A stretch of DNA of 64,000 nt, taken from Octopus sinensis (Eukaryota). The first letter of the stretch is position 1. Each line of letters opens with the position of its first letter. The notes beneath the pieces were generated by a model. It was not told the DNA's origin. It did not search any database and was given only the letters and a program-made list of their open reading frames with translations. The DNA lies in assembly GCF_006345805.1 (NCBI RefSeq), contig NC_042999.1:17236001-17300000 (forward strand), in the 5' to 3' direction. Positions 1 through 12,256 of the stretch are shown piece after piece. The position numbers and the translations under genes were made by a program.

Positions 1-213
1 TATTATTTGCCAGTTTATAGCTGTGAATATTTCAGCTTTATACATTATTTTAGAAACTATTTCACGTCTTGTTCAATGCTGTATAAAACCTTACACAATG
101 TTTCATTTACGCACTTAATAATAACTTATTGACATATATTCTTTAATAGCCATTGTCAAATTAATCGTAACGAATTCATTTCGCTTTTATCCACGGCGGT
201 TGTTCTAACGGGA

Positions 214-445
214 AAGGCGATGAGCCGGCAGAATCGTTACGTTGCCGGGCGAAATGCTTAGTGGTATTTCGTCTGCCATTACATTCTGAGTTCAAATTCC
301 GCCGAGGTCGACTTTGCCTTTCAACTTTTCGGGGTCGCTTAAATAAGTACCAGTTACGCACTGGGGGTCGATATAATCGACTTAACCCGTCTGTCTGTCT
401 CTGTTTGTCCTCTGCGTTTAGCCCCTTGTGGGTAGTAAAGAAGTA
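214..445 (+). mobile_element. tRNA-derived SINE, family A, full length
   Basis: A-box-like head, B-box GAGTTCAAATTCC and family A body; 16-bp TSD GGTTGTTCTAACGGGA at 198-213 and 446-461. Confidence 0.9.
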
Positions 446-873
446 GGTTGTTCTAACGGGATAGTCTATGTCAATAATTTTGTTTCTCGAATGGCTAAGT
501 ACGAAATCCGTGTTGCAGACCATTACTAGTTTTGTTAGTGAATTTTATTATCGATATCAAAATACATTTTTGTGAGAGATATGACCAGATTTACACTCTA
601 CCCGTTCTAGTCATAGGGTGGTATTATCATTAATAAACTACCTTAGAGTTGTTATTTTTTCTTTTACTTACGCACATGTACCACAACCAGGAGATTGCAG
701 TTAGATTCAATGTATATGGTTAAAACTGGTGGCTTTAAAAGTCATACTTTACATACTTTGGTGTTATGCGTATTTTAACAAAATATCAATCCGTTAGTTA
801 TCAAACTTTACAGTTATAGTAAGCACTTCACTTGCACTTAGACATGTTGAAATAAATGAAAAGATTGCTTCCC

Positions 874-985
874 ATATACATACATACATACATACATACA
901 TACGCACATACATACATACATACATACATACATACATACATACATACATACATGTATACATACAAACATAAAACATATATACATA
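874..985. repeat. (TACA)n microsatellite
   Basis: Direct reading; explains the overlapping MYVC/IHTY ORFs. Confidence 0.95.
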
Positions 986-1084
986 GAAGTCGACTGCGAC
1001 ATCGGGACCAACCCCCTGCAAGCATGAAGGCACGCTGACTGAATTCGTTTACAATATTGAAAAGAAAAATATAGTACGAAAGAA

Positions 1085-1323
1085 AAAAATTGTGTTCTCA
1101 CCAGCAATACCCATCAAGCAAGGAGGATTGCAGAAAAACGAAGGCGAGAGACTCAAGACATAAGGGCCATGAGGCTTTCTCAAGATTTGCAAAGCCGTGC
1201 TGCGGAACGTAACATGGAGTTTCGGGAAAGAAGGAAGAGGAGACTTTCTCAAGATCAACAAAGACATCCTGCAGCACGTCCGATTGGGTCTCAAGAGAGA
1301 AAGGAGATGATACATTCTCATTG
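1085..1323 (+). pseudogene. Helitron-like Rep/helicase N-terminal fragment (decayed)
   Basis: Hand translation gives [55 protein letters not shown], resembling the charged RET/RLSQD repeats at Helitron ORF N-termini. Recognised from memory, no search run. Confidence 0.45.
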
Positions 1324-2191
1324 AATCATTAAAACAGCGTTTACCACGCCAGATTACTCAGAGGTACAAAAATACCATAGCACTCAGAAATAAACTACGC
1401 AAAAATTCGTTCTTCACAACTCCTGGAGTTCCTTACAGATATGATCTGTTCCATTCTTATAAAAATTAAAATGCTGTTCAAATTACTGTGCGAAACTCAA
1501 ATTCTCGTTTCTGCACAGCATTAACATTTACTCTACAAATGTTTTGTCGTCAAACTGCACTTTCGGGTATTATATATATATATATATACATACATACAAA
1601 CTATGCTATCTTAATCCCGAGCAACGGTGGGTATATATATATATATAAATAAACACACACTCACATATGTAAAAAATATTATATATATGCGTGTATCTAC
1701 ATATGTATCCATCCGCATTATTTCCTAGTGTGTGTCGGTTGAAAGAGTAGATAGATATCTTTCAGTATACAAACACTGTCAAAGTCTCACTCTCTCTCGC
1801 GTGTTATGGTGGCCCAATCGATTTAATCTATAAAAAAAAAAAACGAACTACAAGTAAGATGAAAATGCAAATATAAGGGATTTTTATAGTTACAATACAA
1901 CTTGATGAATGTAAAAAGGTCAGTATAATATAATAATTACTTCTTTCTACAACTTGATATGAGAATGATAATCAAATTTGTTAATTTTTGAACTGTTAAT
2001 CTGTCTACAGCACGTATATCAAACAGAGAAAATTCAAATAAAAATATTCATCATTCTGTATTGATGTCACGCATAACGATTAAACGAATTCATTGACATT
2101 ATTAATACACCATCTTTTATAGAATACATTTCGATGAAAATGTATAAAATGTGTAAATGACACTGGCTTTCTAAGGTTTTATATAATTTAT

Positions 2192-2400
2192 GGCGGCGAG
2201 CTGGCCGCATCGTTAGCACGCCAGGCAAAATGCTTAGCAAGATTTCGTCTGTCATTACGTTCTGAGTTCAAATTCCGCGCAGGTGGACTTAGCATTTCAT
2301 CCTTTCGGGGTCGATAGATTAAGTACCACGAAACACTGGGGTCGATGTTATCGACTAGTCTCTCCCCAAAATTTCAGGCCTTGTACCTATATTAGAAAAG
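2192..2400 (+). mobile_element. SINE family A variant with alternative 3' tail
   Basis: Head GGCGGCGAGCTGG, B-box, tail CCCCAAAATTTCAGGCCTTGTACC; GTTTTATATA present on both flanks. Confidence 0.85.
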
Positions 2401-2501
2401 TTTTATATATTACTGAACGGGTAAGCAATTCTCTCTTGAATATTATATCGTACTCAAAAATTCTACATACGCTTAAACACGCATGCATTGAAAGACATAC
2501 A

Positions 2502-2720
2502 TTCTTTTATTCTTTTATTTGTTTCAATCATTTAACTGCGGCCATGATGGAGCACCGCCTTTAGTCGATCAAATCAACCGCAGTGCTTAGCCTTTGCGAG
2601 TCTAGTTCTTCTAACGATCTCCTCTGCCGCACCGCTAATTTACGGGGACGTAAACACACTGGCATCGATTGTCAAGCGATGGTCAGGGGACAAACACAGA
2701 CACACAAACATATACACACA

Positions 2721-2783
<63 letters not shown>

Positions 2784-3001
2784 CCGTGCACGCACGCGCG
2801 CACACACACACGCACACGCTCACACACACACACATATACGACGGGCTTCTTTCACTTTCCATCTGTTAAATCCATTCGCAAGGCTTTGGTCGGCACGGGC
2901 CTTTAGTAGAAGACACTTGCACAAAATGCCACGCAGTGAAACGGAACTAGTAACCATGTCATTGCTAAACAACCTATCTACCACACAGCTACTCCTACAC
3001 C
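2502..3001 (-). mobile_element. tRNA-derived SINE, family B, full length with internal (CA)/(TA) tract
   Basis: Reverse complement matches the B copies at 36862 and 25477, including the GGCGGTGCTCCAGCATGGCC-type tail. Confidence 0.85.
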
Positions 3002-3163
3002 ATATACATACATATATATACATATACATACATTCACACTCGTGCATGTACACACACACATACACACATATATACGTATGTGTATATGTCCATAAAAGAA
3101 ATCCTTTTGAGGCTAGATTAGAACTGACCTAGACATGACAAACTGCACAATTTATGTATATAT

Positions 3164-3226
<63 letters not shown>

Positions 3227-3228
<2 letters not shown>

Positions 3229-3453
3229 TTCTTTACTACCCACAAGGGGCTAAACACAGAGGAGACAACAAGGACAGACAAACGGATTAAGTCGATTACA
3301 TCGACCCCAGTGCGCAACTGGTACTTAATTTATCGACCCCGGAAGGATGAAAGGCAAGGTCGACCTCGGCGGAATTTGAACTCGGAACGTAACGGCAGAC
3401 GAAATACGGCAACGCATTTCGCCCGGCGTGCTTAACGTTTCTGCCAGCTCGCC
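3227..3453 (-). mobile_element. SINE family A; its 5' end abuts the palindrome
   Basis: Full A body on the minus strand; the head ends at the palindrome boundary. Confidence 0.9.
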
Positions 3454-3662
3454 GTAACTTTTAACGCACACACAACGCACTTTAGCTAATCCTCGGATTT
3501 AAACCGTTGTATGGAAATGAGTAAATTATTCGGCCCAAGGGTATAGTACAAAAAAATTGCCGAAGGTGCCACGCAGTGGGACTGAACCCGGAACCATGTG
3601 GTTCATAAGCAACATACTTACTACACAGTCACTCTTGCACCTATGGTATATATATATATATA

Positions 3663-3693
<31 letters not shown>

Positions 3694-3773
3694 CGTTTGT
3701 GTGTGTATGTATATATATATATATATACACATATATATATGTACATATATATATATACATACACACACAAACG

Positions 3774-3809
<36 letters not shown>

Positions 3810-4003
3810 CCATAGGTGCAAGAGTGACTGTGTAGTAAGTATGTTGCTTATGAACCACATGGTTCCGGGTTCAGTCCCACTGCGTGGCACCTTCGGCAAT
3901 TTTTTTGTACTATACCCTTGGGCCGAATAATTTACTCATTTCCATACAACGGTTTAAATCCGAGGATTAGCTAAAGTGCGTTGTGTGTGCGTTAAAAGTT
4001 ACG
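3453..4003. repeat. ~550-bp palindrome (fold-back inverted duplication)
   Basis: Outer arms (~3453-3660 and ~3796-4003) are exact reverse complements by eye. The inner microsatellites are also mirrored, centred near TGTACA at 3740-3745. The ORF track shows identical N-termini at 3557(+) and 3899(-). Confidence 0.95.
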
Positions 4004-4115
4004 TCACAAGTATTGTTTAGCTATGAAACATATGTAGTCTTTACGTACCTTTCTCGTTGCTTACATTCTCGTACTATACCCTTAGTAGACGGAAACTGAA
4101 ACAAGCCAGTTGTAT
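3810..4115 (+). mobile_element. SINE-B 5' part interrupted by a ~140-bp piece of another repeat
   Basis: B head, then a foreign segment homologous to 8680-8820, then the B body resumes (AGTAGACGGAAACTGAAA); GTACTATACCCTT at 3907-3919 and 4071-4083. Confidence 0.75.
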
Positions 4116-4160
4116 ATACATATGCATAAATACACACACACACACAGACACACACACACT

Positions 4161-4195
<35 letters not shown>

Positions 4196-4861
4196 TGTAT
4201 GTGTGTTTCTGTGTGTATGTAAGTCTTTAGTCATTAAGAGAAATAATTACTATTAAAGCTTTAGCTAATTCTTGAATTTGAACATATCCGCAGGTTTTTA
4301 CAGAAATTTGCTCGTGTTGACGTTGCTGTTCGCGTTCCATTTCACAATCAGCAAGCATATGTAATAACATGAAGGTGGTAACACCTCAAACTTGAAACCC
4401 AAGCAAATAAATGATTATTTTACTATGGCTGTGTGTGTGATTTCGCATAAATGCATCACTCATAAAGCTTGTCTATTCTAAGCAAAATATAACCTTTTCT
4501 CCTTTCACTGATAGCATTATACGTTTAGTCAGGTATATAGAAATGGATTTATTGAGGTTTCTGAAAAGAATTGCGTGATAAACAAATTCACATATTCAGT
4601 GTTTATCGTCATATTGGCAGCAGTGATTTTTTTTTTTTTTATAATCTAGTCAGAAGGCAAGTGATACGTACGGGTAGGAGAGTAATCAGATTTACATGCA
4701 TACAATGCGTAGCTGGTATTTTATTATATCGACACCGGTAAGAGAGAAGGTGAGCTGACCTTGGAGGAAGCCTCAACTCAAGTCTTAAGCAACTAGGTTA
4801 TATTTCGCAAGGTACTTTTCCCGACGCGTAGCGGTTATGCCAATTCATGACTCTACATACC

Positions 4862-5330
4862 TATTTCTTTACTACCCACAAGAGGCTAAACACAGAGAGG
4901 ACAAACGAATTAAGCTGATATACCGACACCAGTGCGTAACTGGTACATACTTAAGCGACCCCGAAAGGATGAAAGGCAAAGTAGACATCGGCGGAATTTG
5001 AACTCAGAACGTAGCGGTAGACGAAATATTGCTAAGCATGTCGCCCGGCGTGCTAACGATTCTGCCAGCTCGCCGCCTTAAAGACAGAAGAAATACTTAT
5101 TTCTTTACTACCCACAAGGGGCTAAACATCGAGAGGACAAACAAGGACAGACAAACGGATTGAGTCGATTACATCGACTCCAGTGCGTAACTGGTACTTA
5201 ATTTATCGACCCCGAAAGGATGAAAGGCAAAGTCGACCTCGGCGGAATTTGAACTTAGAACGCAACGGTAGACGAAATGCAGTTACGCATTTCGCCTGGC
5301 ATGCAACGTTTCTGCCAGCTCGCCGCCTTC
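4862..5330 (-). mobile_element. Two complete SINE-A units in tandem inside one TSD
   Basis: Two heads and two tails; 16-bp TSD CATGACTCTACATACC at 4846-4861 and 5331-5346. Confidence 0.9.
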
Positions 5331-5620
5331 CATGACTCTACATACCATTATTACTAATACGATATGTAGTTTAATGCAGTTACTTCGGCCCCTAAATAAT
5401 TTGATTTCAATCATTGTCTTCTATGTTTTACACGCTATATTCAATAGACTGCAGCTTTGCTTGTGAATCACCTTCAAAGATTTCCAGTCGAAAGAAATTG
5501 ACCGCAGTACAGTTCTTAAAACCTGGCATTTAATCTTTTGGATCTCTTTGGCCAAAACACACTGATCTCCTTGGACGTAAAAGAACCGACGCCGCTTATG
5601 ATGCTGTTTGTCCTCTATAT

Positions 5621-5700
5621 CATTGCTGCTCAAAGTAGTGGTCCGCGGACCGGTGCCAATTCGCGAGCCATCAGCTGCCGATACGTGGTCGGTTTCCAGA
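5621..5700 (+). mobile_element. hAT/Charlie-like MITE terminus
   Basis: CATTGCTGCTCAAAGTAGTGGTCCGCGGACCGG resembles Charlie/MER5-type ends; no partner end found. Confidence 0.45.
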
Positions 5701-6214
5701 AAAGAAACAATATATAATGCTTATAAAATACTTATGTAATATTGTACTATTTGCTTACAAAATAAATATATGATAGAAAAGAAATTGTCATTTTTTATTA
5801 TTCTCATTATATATATATTGTTTCCCGTATAAATTAATATTTCTAAGCAATATTACCGGTCCCTCGCACATTCGAAAGACAAAAAAACAAAAACAAACAA
5901 AACTAACGGTACCCCACATCCGAGACACACAGACGTGTACACATAAATGTACGTATAAACGATGCGCTCCTTTCAGTTTCCTTTCACTCAGAAAACTTTG
6001 GTTGGCCCCAGGCTGTAGTAGGACTCACTTGGTCACTGTTCCACGGAGTAGGACTTGAAACCAGAACCATGTCGTTGGGAAGCAAGCTTGTAATGTTTAT
6101 AAAAATCCCTCTATAGCCTATTAGTTCTGATTCAACAACAGGTAGAACTATAAAAATGAATAATTAGTCCTCGGAAATGAGAGATGAAGACTGTAGAAAC
6201 AGTTATAAAACAAG

Positions 6215-6590
6215 GCGGCGAGCTGGCAGAATCGTTTGCACGGCGGGCGAAATGCTTAGCGGTATTTCGTCTGCGTTACGTTGTGAGTTCAAATTCCGCC
6301 GAGGTCGACTTTGCCTTTCATCCTTTCGGGGTCGATAAATTAAGTACCAGTCACGCACTGGGGTCGATGTAATCGACTTAATACCTATGTCTGTCCTTGT
6401 TTGTCCCCTCTGTGTTTAGCCCCTTGTGGGTAATAAAGAAATAGGTATTTCGTCTGCCGCTACATTCTGAGTTCAAATTCCGCCGAGGTCGACTTTGCCT
6501 TTCATCCTTTCAGGGTCGATAAATGAAGTACCAGTTACGCACTGGGGTCAATCTAATCGACTTCATCCCTTTGTCAAGTCCGTGTTTATC
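6215..6590 (+). mobile_element. SINE-A with duplicated body
   Basis: Full unit followed by a second unit starting at GTATTTCGTCTGCC. Confidence 0.9.
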
Positions 6591-6765
6591 CTCTAATAAA
6601 CAGTTATAAAAGAGAAAACTTGTTACAAATTAACAAAAAATGTACACTTTAATTTTATGTCACCGAATCTGCTCCTCCTTGAGAATTGAAACAATCTTTT
6701 GGTACTTTTATAGAAATAGATATATGCTAATATAGATTACTATAAGACTGAATATATCATGATGA

Positions 6766-7086
6766 ACAGGAGTGGCTGTGTGGTAAGTAGCTTGCTTACC
6801 AACCACATGCTTCCGGGTTCAGTCCCACTGCGTAGCACCTCAGGCAAATGTCTTCGAATATAGCTTCGGCTTATGCGTGTGTATCTGTGTTGGTCCACGC
6901 AACATCGCTTGGCAACCGATGCTGGCATGTTTACGTCCCCGTAACTTAGCGGTTCGGCAAAAGAGACCGATGGAATAAATACTAGGCTTACAAAGAATAA
7001 GTCCTGGGGTCAATTTGCTCGACTAAAAGTCTGCTCCTGCATGACCGCAGTCAAATGACTGAAACAAATAAAAAAGAATAAAAAGA
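6766..7086 (+). mobile_element. SINE-B with internal deletion
   Basis: Head and tail match other B copies; the GGAAACTGAAAGAAGCCC segment is missing. Confidence 0.85.
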
Positions 7087-8399
7087 GTGATACAGTTTCA
7101 GTATTTACTGAACCCTTGATGACCCCTATAGCTGGTTATCTATATCTGCCTGTTATAACGTTGCTGTTATTGTTGTTTGTTCCTTGTTGTGACATCTCTG
7201 ACTCATAAGAGCCGGTTTCCCCGATTTCATTGGTGTATAGTTCCCCCAAATGGACTTGACACCGGTTCGTCGCATCCAAGTATACACTAATATTAAATAT
7301 TCGTTCTACTGGTCCGTATATTGCACGGTCGACTAAGCCCGTTCTCTGCTTACGATTTTCCAATAGAGGCGATTTTTATAAACGCTCTCATTGATATAAA
7401 GAAAAGCTGAAAACAATAAACTCCCATATTTATTTCATAAGGAAGTGTCATACCGATAATTTTGAACAATCAGTTGTCATAATCTGTAATTCCTATCTAT
7501 GCTGTACATCCTCTGCTTCTGGCAATTTCAACACAAGAAAATCATATGATTTTACACGATTCTTTGATGATTTGATTTCTTTGAAGCTATTTAAAAATTT
7601 CTTTAAATTTATGTTATTTATCCTTACAAGATCCTTTGTCAAGGCAAAACACCCGAGGCTAAATTCCTAATTGTAAAGCTAAATCAACCAACATGAGATT
7701 TGTCTGTAAACGAAACTTTCATTTTATTCTTTAGTTTTAGCAAGTTACTCCGCCAGCTTAATTATTACATTTTCACGATAACTTTATTTCTATCATTGAA
7801 AATGATATTTAATAATATTTTAAAATTTTCATTTCAAGTAGTTATGAAACACTTTTATGGAATAATGGAATAGAAAAAATTTTAGTTGACCTAACCTTGA
7901 TATCATGAAGTTCATATTATACTGAAAAAGTGCGGTAACGATTTTCCAAGTGTTATGCTTATTGGACTGTGTACAATATCGAATTATCTGGAATAGATCC
8001 GAAAAGTTTTCAAATATAATTTAGTTTAGCTGTGAAATCTGTAACTCTGCCAGTTTTCCGAATTTACTGTTTCTTTTCTACTTCTTCTTGAAAGTTCGTA
8101 CTTTAATTTAAAACTATATGATAATGGTTGGTTGAAGATTTGCTGTAGTTGCTTATCCGTAAATCAACATCGACCAACTACATCTACATTGCAAGATGTT
8201 CAATCCGTGACCATCCAATCTTATTCTCCGATCCTGGGCTATATTGCACAACGCATCTTGATTGTTGGATCAATATCGAAGATGATTACACTAAAATTTG
8301 AATTTTGTCTTGAGAGAAATTTGAGAAAATTCTAAATTATTCTTGAGAATTATTATATTCATTCCATCACACATGTCTTAGTTTCCACACATTATCGCG

Positions 8400-8820
8400 T
8401 AGATTAATGTACAATCAGTGCTGCAGTCCTACTTTCGTCGACGCCAGAACCTAATGAATTTATTGCACTGTCTCGCAACTCCCTCTTCCCTCATTCACTT
8501 TTGTTCTTACTAATCCCTTCCCTCACCCCGCTTCTTTCTTCTTCGGTAAACTGTCATGTATAAACAGACTCACTATTTTTTCCTTTTAAACCTACTTGCC
8601 TAATTAGAAATAATTTCATTGGTCATTTGCTTTTGCTTTTTCAACACGCTATTTCCGTTGTGATTAAAGTAACCAATCATTTACTCATTTACATGCAACG
8701 ATTTAAACCCGAGGATTGGCTAATGTGCGTTGCGTATGCGTTAAATGTTACGTAACAAGTATTGTTTACCTACGAAACATATGTAATCTTTACTTACCTT
8801 TCTCATTCCTTACATTCTCG
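8400..8820 (+). repeat. Unclassified interspersed repeat
   Basis: 8680-8820 aligns by eye with 3930-4070; the 5' boundary is approximate. Confidence 0.55.
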
Positions 8821-9896
8821 ATATATATATGTGTGTGTGTTGTGTTTGTTTGTATGTGTGTGCGTGTATATGCATATATGTATATGTATATGAATAAAGT
8901 TATATAATTGTGCATAATGCAAATTGCACAGCTGTTTCACTACTTGAGTAGAGACTCTTTCGCAGTAAATAGATTGCTAATGAAAAGCTAAAGAAAGCTA
9001 AAATCAACTTGAAATTGTAAGTGAAATATCTTAATTACGTGATGTCGGCATATATAGAGAATAGCTCTTTATATCAAGGCACAAGTAATTTAGTCGACGA
9101 AACGTTTGCTTGCTAAGCTTACTTTGCTTACACAGGTAATGTTAACTGAACATATTTTGCTGAGTGAGTTAGTTTAGCAGCTATCAATCAACTAGATCAC
9201 GTCCTCTCTAGAAGAAACTAAAACACATTTAATTCAAACTCTTTAACAATTTCAACATCATATTAACTATTTTAATAAAAATGACAAGAACATAGCTGCA
9301 AGAACGGAATAAATAGACGCAGCTGCAGTTACTTATATGTAAACAGCAACAGCTTATGCCACACACATAAAGCCATCACATTCGTTAAAAGTTTTTAAAA
9401 AATGTAACTTGAAACAAACAAAATTATTATTTTTTCGTCTGAACACATTGAGTTAACTAACAGCCAATCAACTGAAAACTTAAGCAAATAAAAATAAACT
9501 ACGTTAGCGAGAAAAAAATAGCATTTAAGAAGAAGTGTAGTTTGGTCGAGAATAGGTTGAAAGTAAGTTTGAGAAAGTCGTGTTAAAAAATATTAAATTA
9601 ATAACAGAAAAAGTTTGTTTGGGAAAAATGAACCATGATGAAATTTCGTTTATTAATAGTTTACACTGTTGCTGGTTCAGACCTTGCTAGAGCAAAGCAA
9701 GAAACACGTATGGAAAAAATGAAGTGCTTGTGTAATGTTGTAGGTTAATTTGAACCGTTATACGAGACCATAGAATTCGTAACCTACATTAATAAGTGAT
9801 GCAACAGGTTCAGAATGCAATGTTTTAAGTGATAACAAGACAGCAGGGCTGAATAAAGACAGCCGCCATGGCGAGACATTATTTATAATTACTAAG

Positions 9897-10445
9897 GTTA
9901 GCACGCCGGGCGAAGTGCTTAGCGGTATCTCGTCTGAGTTCAAATTCCGTCGTGGTCGACTTTGCTTTCATACTTTGGGGGTCGATACATTAAGTACAGT
10001 TATGCACTGAAGTCGATGTAATCGACGTAATCCCTTTGTCTGTTCTTTGTCCCCTCTATAAGAAACGTTAGCACGCCGAACGAAATGCTTAGGTATTTTG
10101 CCTGCCGTTACGCTCTGAGTCCAAATCCCGCTGAAGACGACTTTGCCTTTCATTCTTTCGGGGTGGATAAATTAAGTACCAGTTACGCACTGGGGTCGAT
10201 ATAATCGACTTAATCCGTTTGTCTGTCCTTGTTTGTCCTCTCTGTGTTTAGCCCCTTGTGGGTAGTAACGAAATAGGTATTTCGTCTGCCGTTACGGTCT
10301 GAGTTCAAATTCCGCCGAGGTCGACTTTGCCTTTCATCCTCTAGGGATTCGATAAATTCAATACCAGTTGCGTACAGGGGTCGACCTAATCGACTGGCCC
10401 CACCTTTCCAAACATTTCGGGCCTTGTGCCTAGAGAAGAACGGAT
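9897..10445 (+). mobile_element. Cluster of 3-4 partial and complete SINE-A units
   Basis: Repeated GAGTTCAAATTCC/GTCGACTTTGCCTTTCAT blocks. Confidence 0.85.
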
Positions 10446-10544
10446 TATTTATAACTACCAAGATATACTATAGTCACTAAGACATTAATCTCTGTCAGTA
10501 CATGCCATTGGCTCACTCATAAGCGTGTGCCAAGAAGGAATCCT

Positions 10545-11150
10545 GGGATCGTTACCTTTTGACCGACAGATTTAAAATATAATTTTTTGGAAATAAAAAC
10601 GTTCAAACTTCGGACACTTGTAGAATGTGTCATATAAAACATCTTTTGCTCTAAGCATTTTTGAGAAAAAACTTATATTTACGAAGTTATTTCACATTAA
10701 AGTTGTCATATTTCGGTAATTTCAACCAATCAATGACGTGCATTCAGCTCAAAATTACTGCTATTGTTTGTCAACAAGAACCTCCGGCAGTGTATATTTC
10801 GTTTGACACATATTTTTAACAACCGTAGCCCTAAAACCCGAACCCTAACTCTAAAACTCTAACCCTAACCCTAAAACCTTAAAACCAGTACAAACGGACG
10901 AATGATGTCGGGATCATCACTGCCGAACAGTTTTCACCATAAATCTGAAGAATTGCACAACCAACACGACTTTTGAATTGGTGTTGTATTAATAATGATC
11001 ATTATACAGATGGATTCGGAAACTATTTTACTATATTTTAAGAGCATAATAAATATTTTAGAATCAATTGTCTTTCCTCTATTTTGGCAACAACTATTAC
11101 ACGCTGAATAATTGTTCATTTGAAGCTACGGTCAATATTAAACAAAAATA
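10545..11150. mobile_element. Non-autonomous DNA-element-like repeat containing degenerate (CCCTAA)n
   Basis: Telomere-like tract at 10829-10886; short subterminal inverted motif TTGACCG...CGGTCAA. Class uncertain. Confidence 0.4.
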
Positions 11151-11708
11151 TTTCTATTGAATAGAAAACGTATGTGTCTAAGAGTGCATGCAACTTTGAA
11201 AGTCACCACTACCAGCACCACCAGCACCATCACCAGCATCATCATCATCATCATCATCATCATCATACTACTTTTTACGATTTTTTTTATTAGTACTGTA
11301 TTTTTTTACTTTCATTTGCAAACAATGGGCATTGTGCAGTTTGGACTTTATTGTCATTAAGTATAGAGAAATGACTATCTTTTTAGCATTTATTTTATTT
11401 AAAGAATAATAGTTCGCTTCTAATAATCTAATATGGTTTCCTTTGGAGAAGGGTGAAATGTATTTGTAACAAACAACGCATATCAGATAAAATACACGAG
11501 TAGTATCACACACCTGAAAATAAAACATTGGCACAAAAATCTGTCATAAGTAGAAATGAATGACAAATAATTATTTACACCTGATCAAGTGAAAAATACT
11601 ACGATATAACAGCGTTGCAATAACATCTGCAACAGTTTTGCTACAGTGGTTGATCAGAAAGATGCGCAGGTGAAGGCGCGTATCTTACTGGTTAAGGTAT
11701 TCAGTTCA

Positions 11709-11826
11709 GTTTACGGCCATATCACGTTCAAAGCACCGGTTCTAGTCCGATCACCGAAGTTAAGCAACGTCGAGCCTAGTTTGTACTTAGATAGGTGACC
11801 GCTTGGGAAACCTAGGTGCAGTAAGC
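11709..11826 (+). rRNA. 5S rRNA-derived copy 1 (pseudogene or SINE head), 118 nt
   Basis: GTTTACGGCCATATCACG...CCGATCACCGAAGTTAAGCAACGTCG...GGTGACCGCTTGGG...GTGCAGTAAGC; the ends can pair as helix I; no T-run terminator follows. Confidence 0.9.
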
Positions 11827-11840
11827 GTCACACATTGTTA

Positions 11841-12256
11841 AGGCGGCAAGCTGGCAGAAACGTTAGCACGCCGGGCGAAATGCTTAGCGGTATTTCGTCT
11901 GCCGTTACGTTCTGAGTTCAAATTCCGCCGAGGTCGACTTTGCCTTTCATCCTTTCGGGGTCGATAAATTAAGTACCAGTTACGTACTGGGTCGATATAA
12001 TCGACTTAATACCTATGTCTGTCCATGTTTGTCCCCTCTATGTTTAGCCCCTTGTGGGTAATAAAGAAATAGGTATTTCGTCCGCTGTTACGTTCTGAGT
12101 TCAAATTCCGCCGAGGTCGACTTTGCCTTTCATCCTTTCAGGATCGATTAAATAAGTACCAGTTACGCACTGGGGTCGATATAATCAACTTAATCCGTTT
12201 GTCTGTCCTTGTTTGTCCTCTCTGTGTTTAGCCTTTGTGGGCAATAAAGAAATAGG
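11841..12256 (+). mobile_element. SINE-A with duplicated body, fused downstream of 5S copy 1
   Basis: Standard A head 14 nt after the 5S end. Confidence 0.9.
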
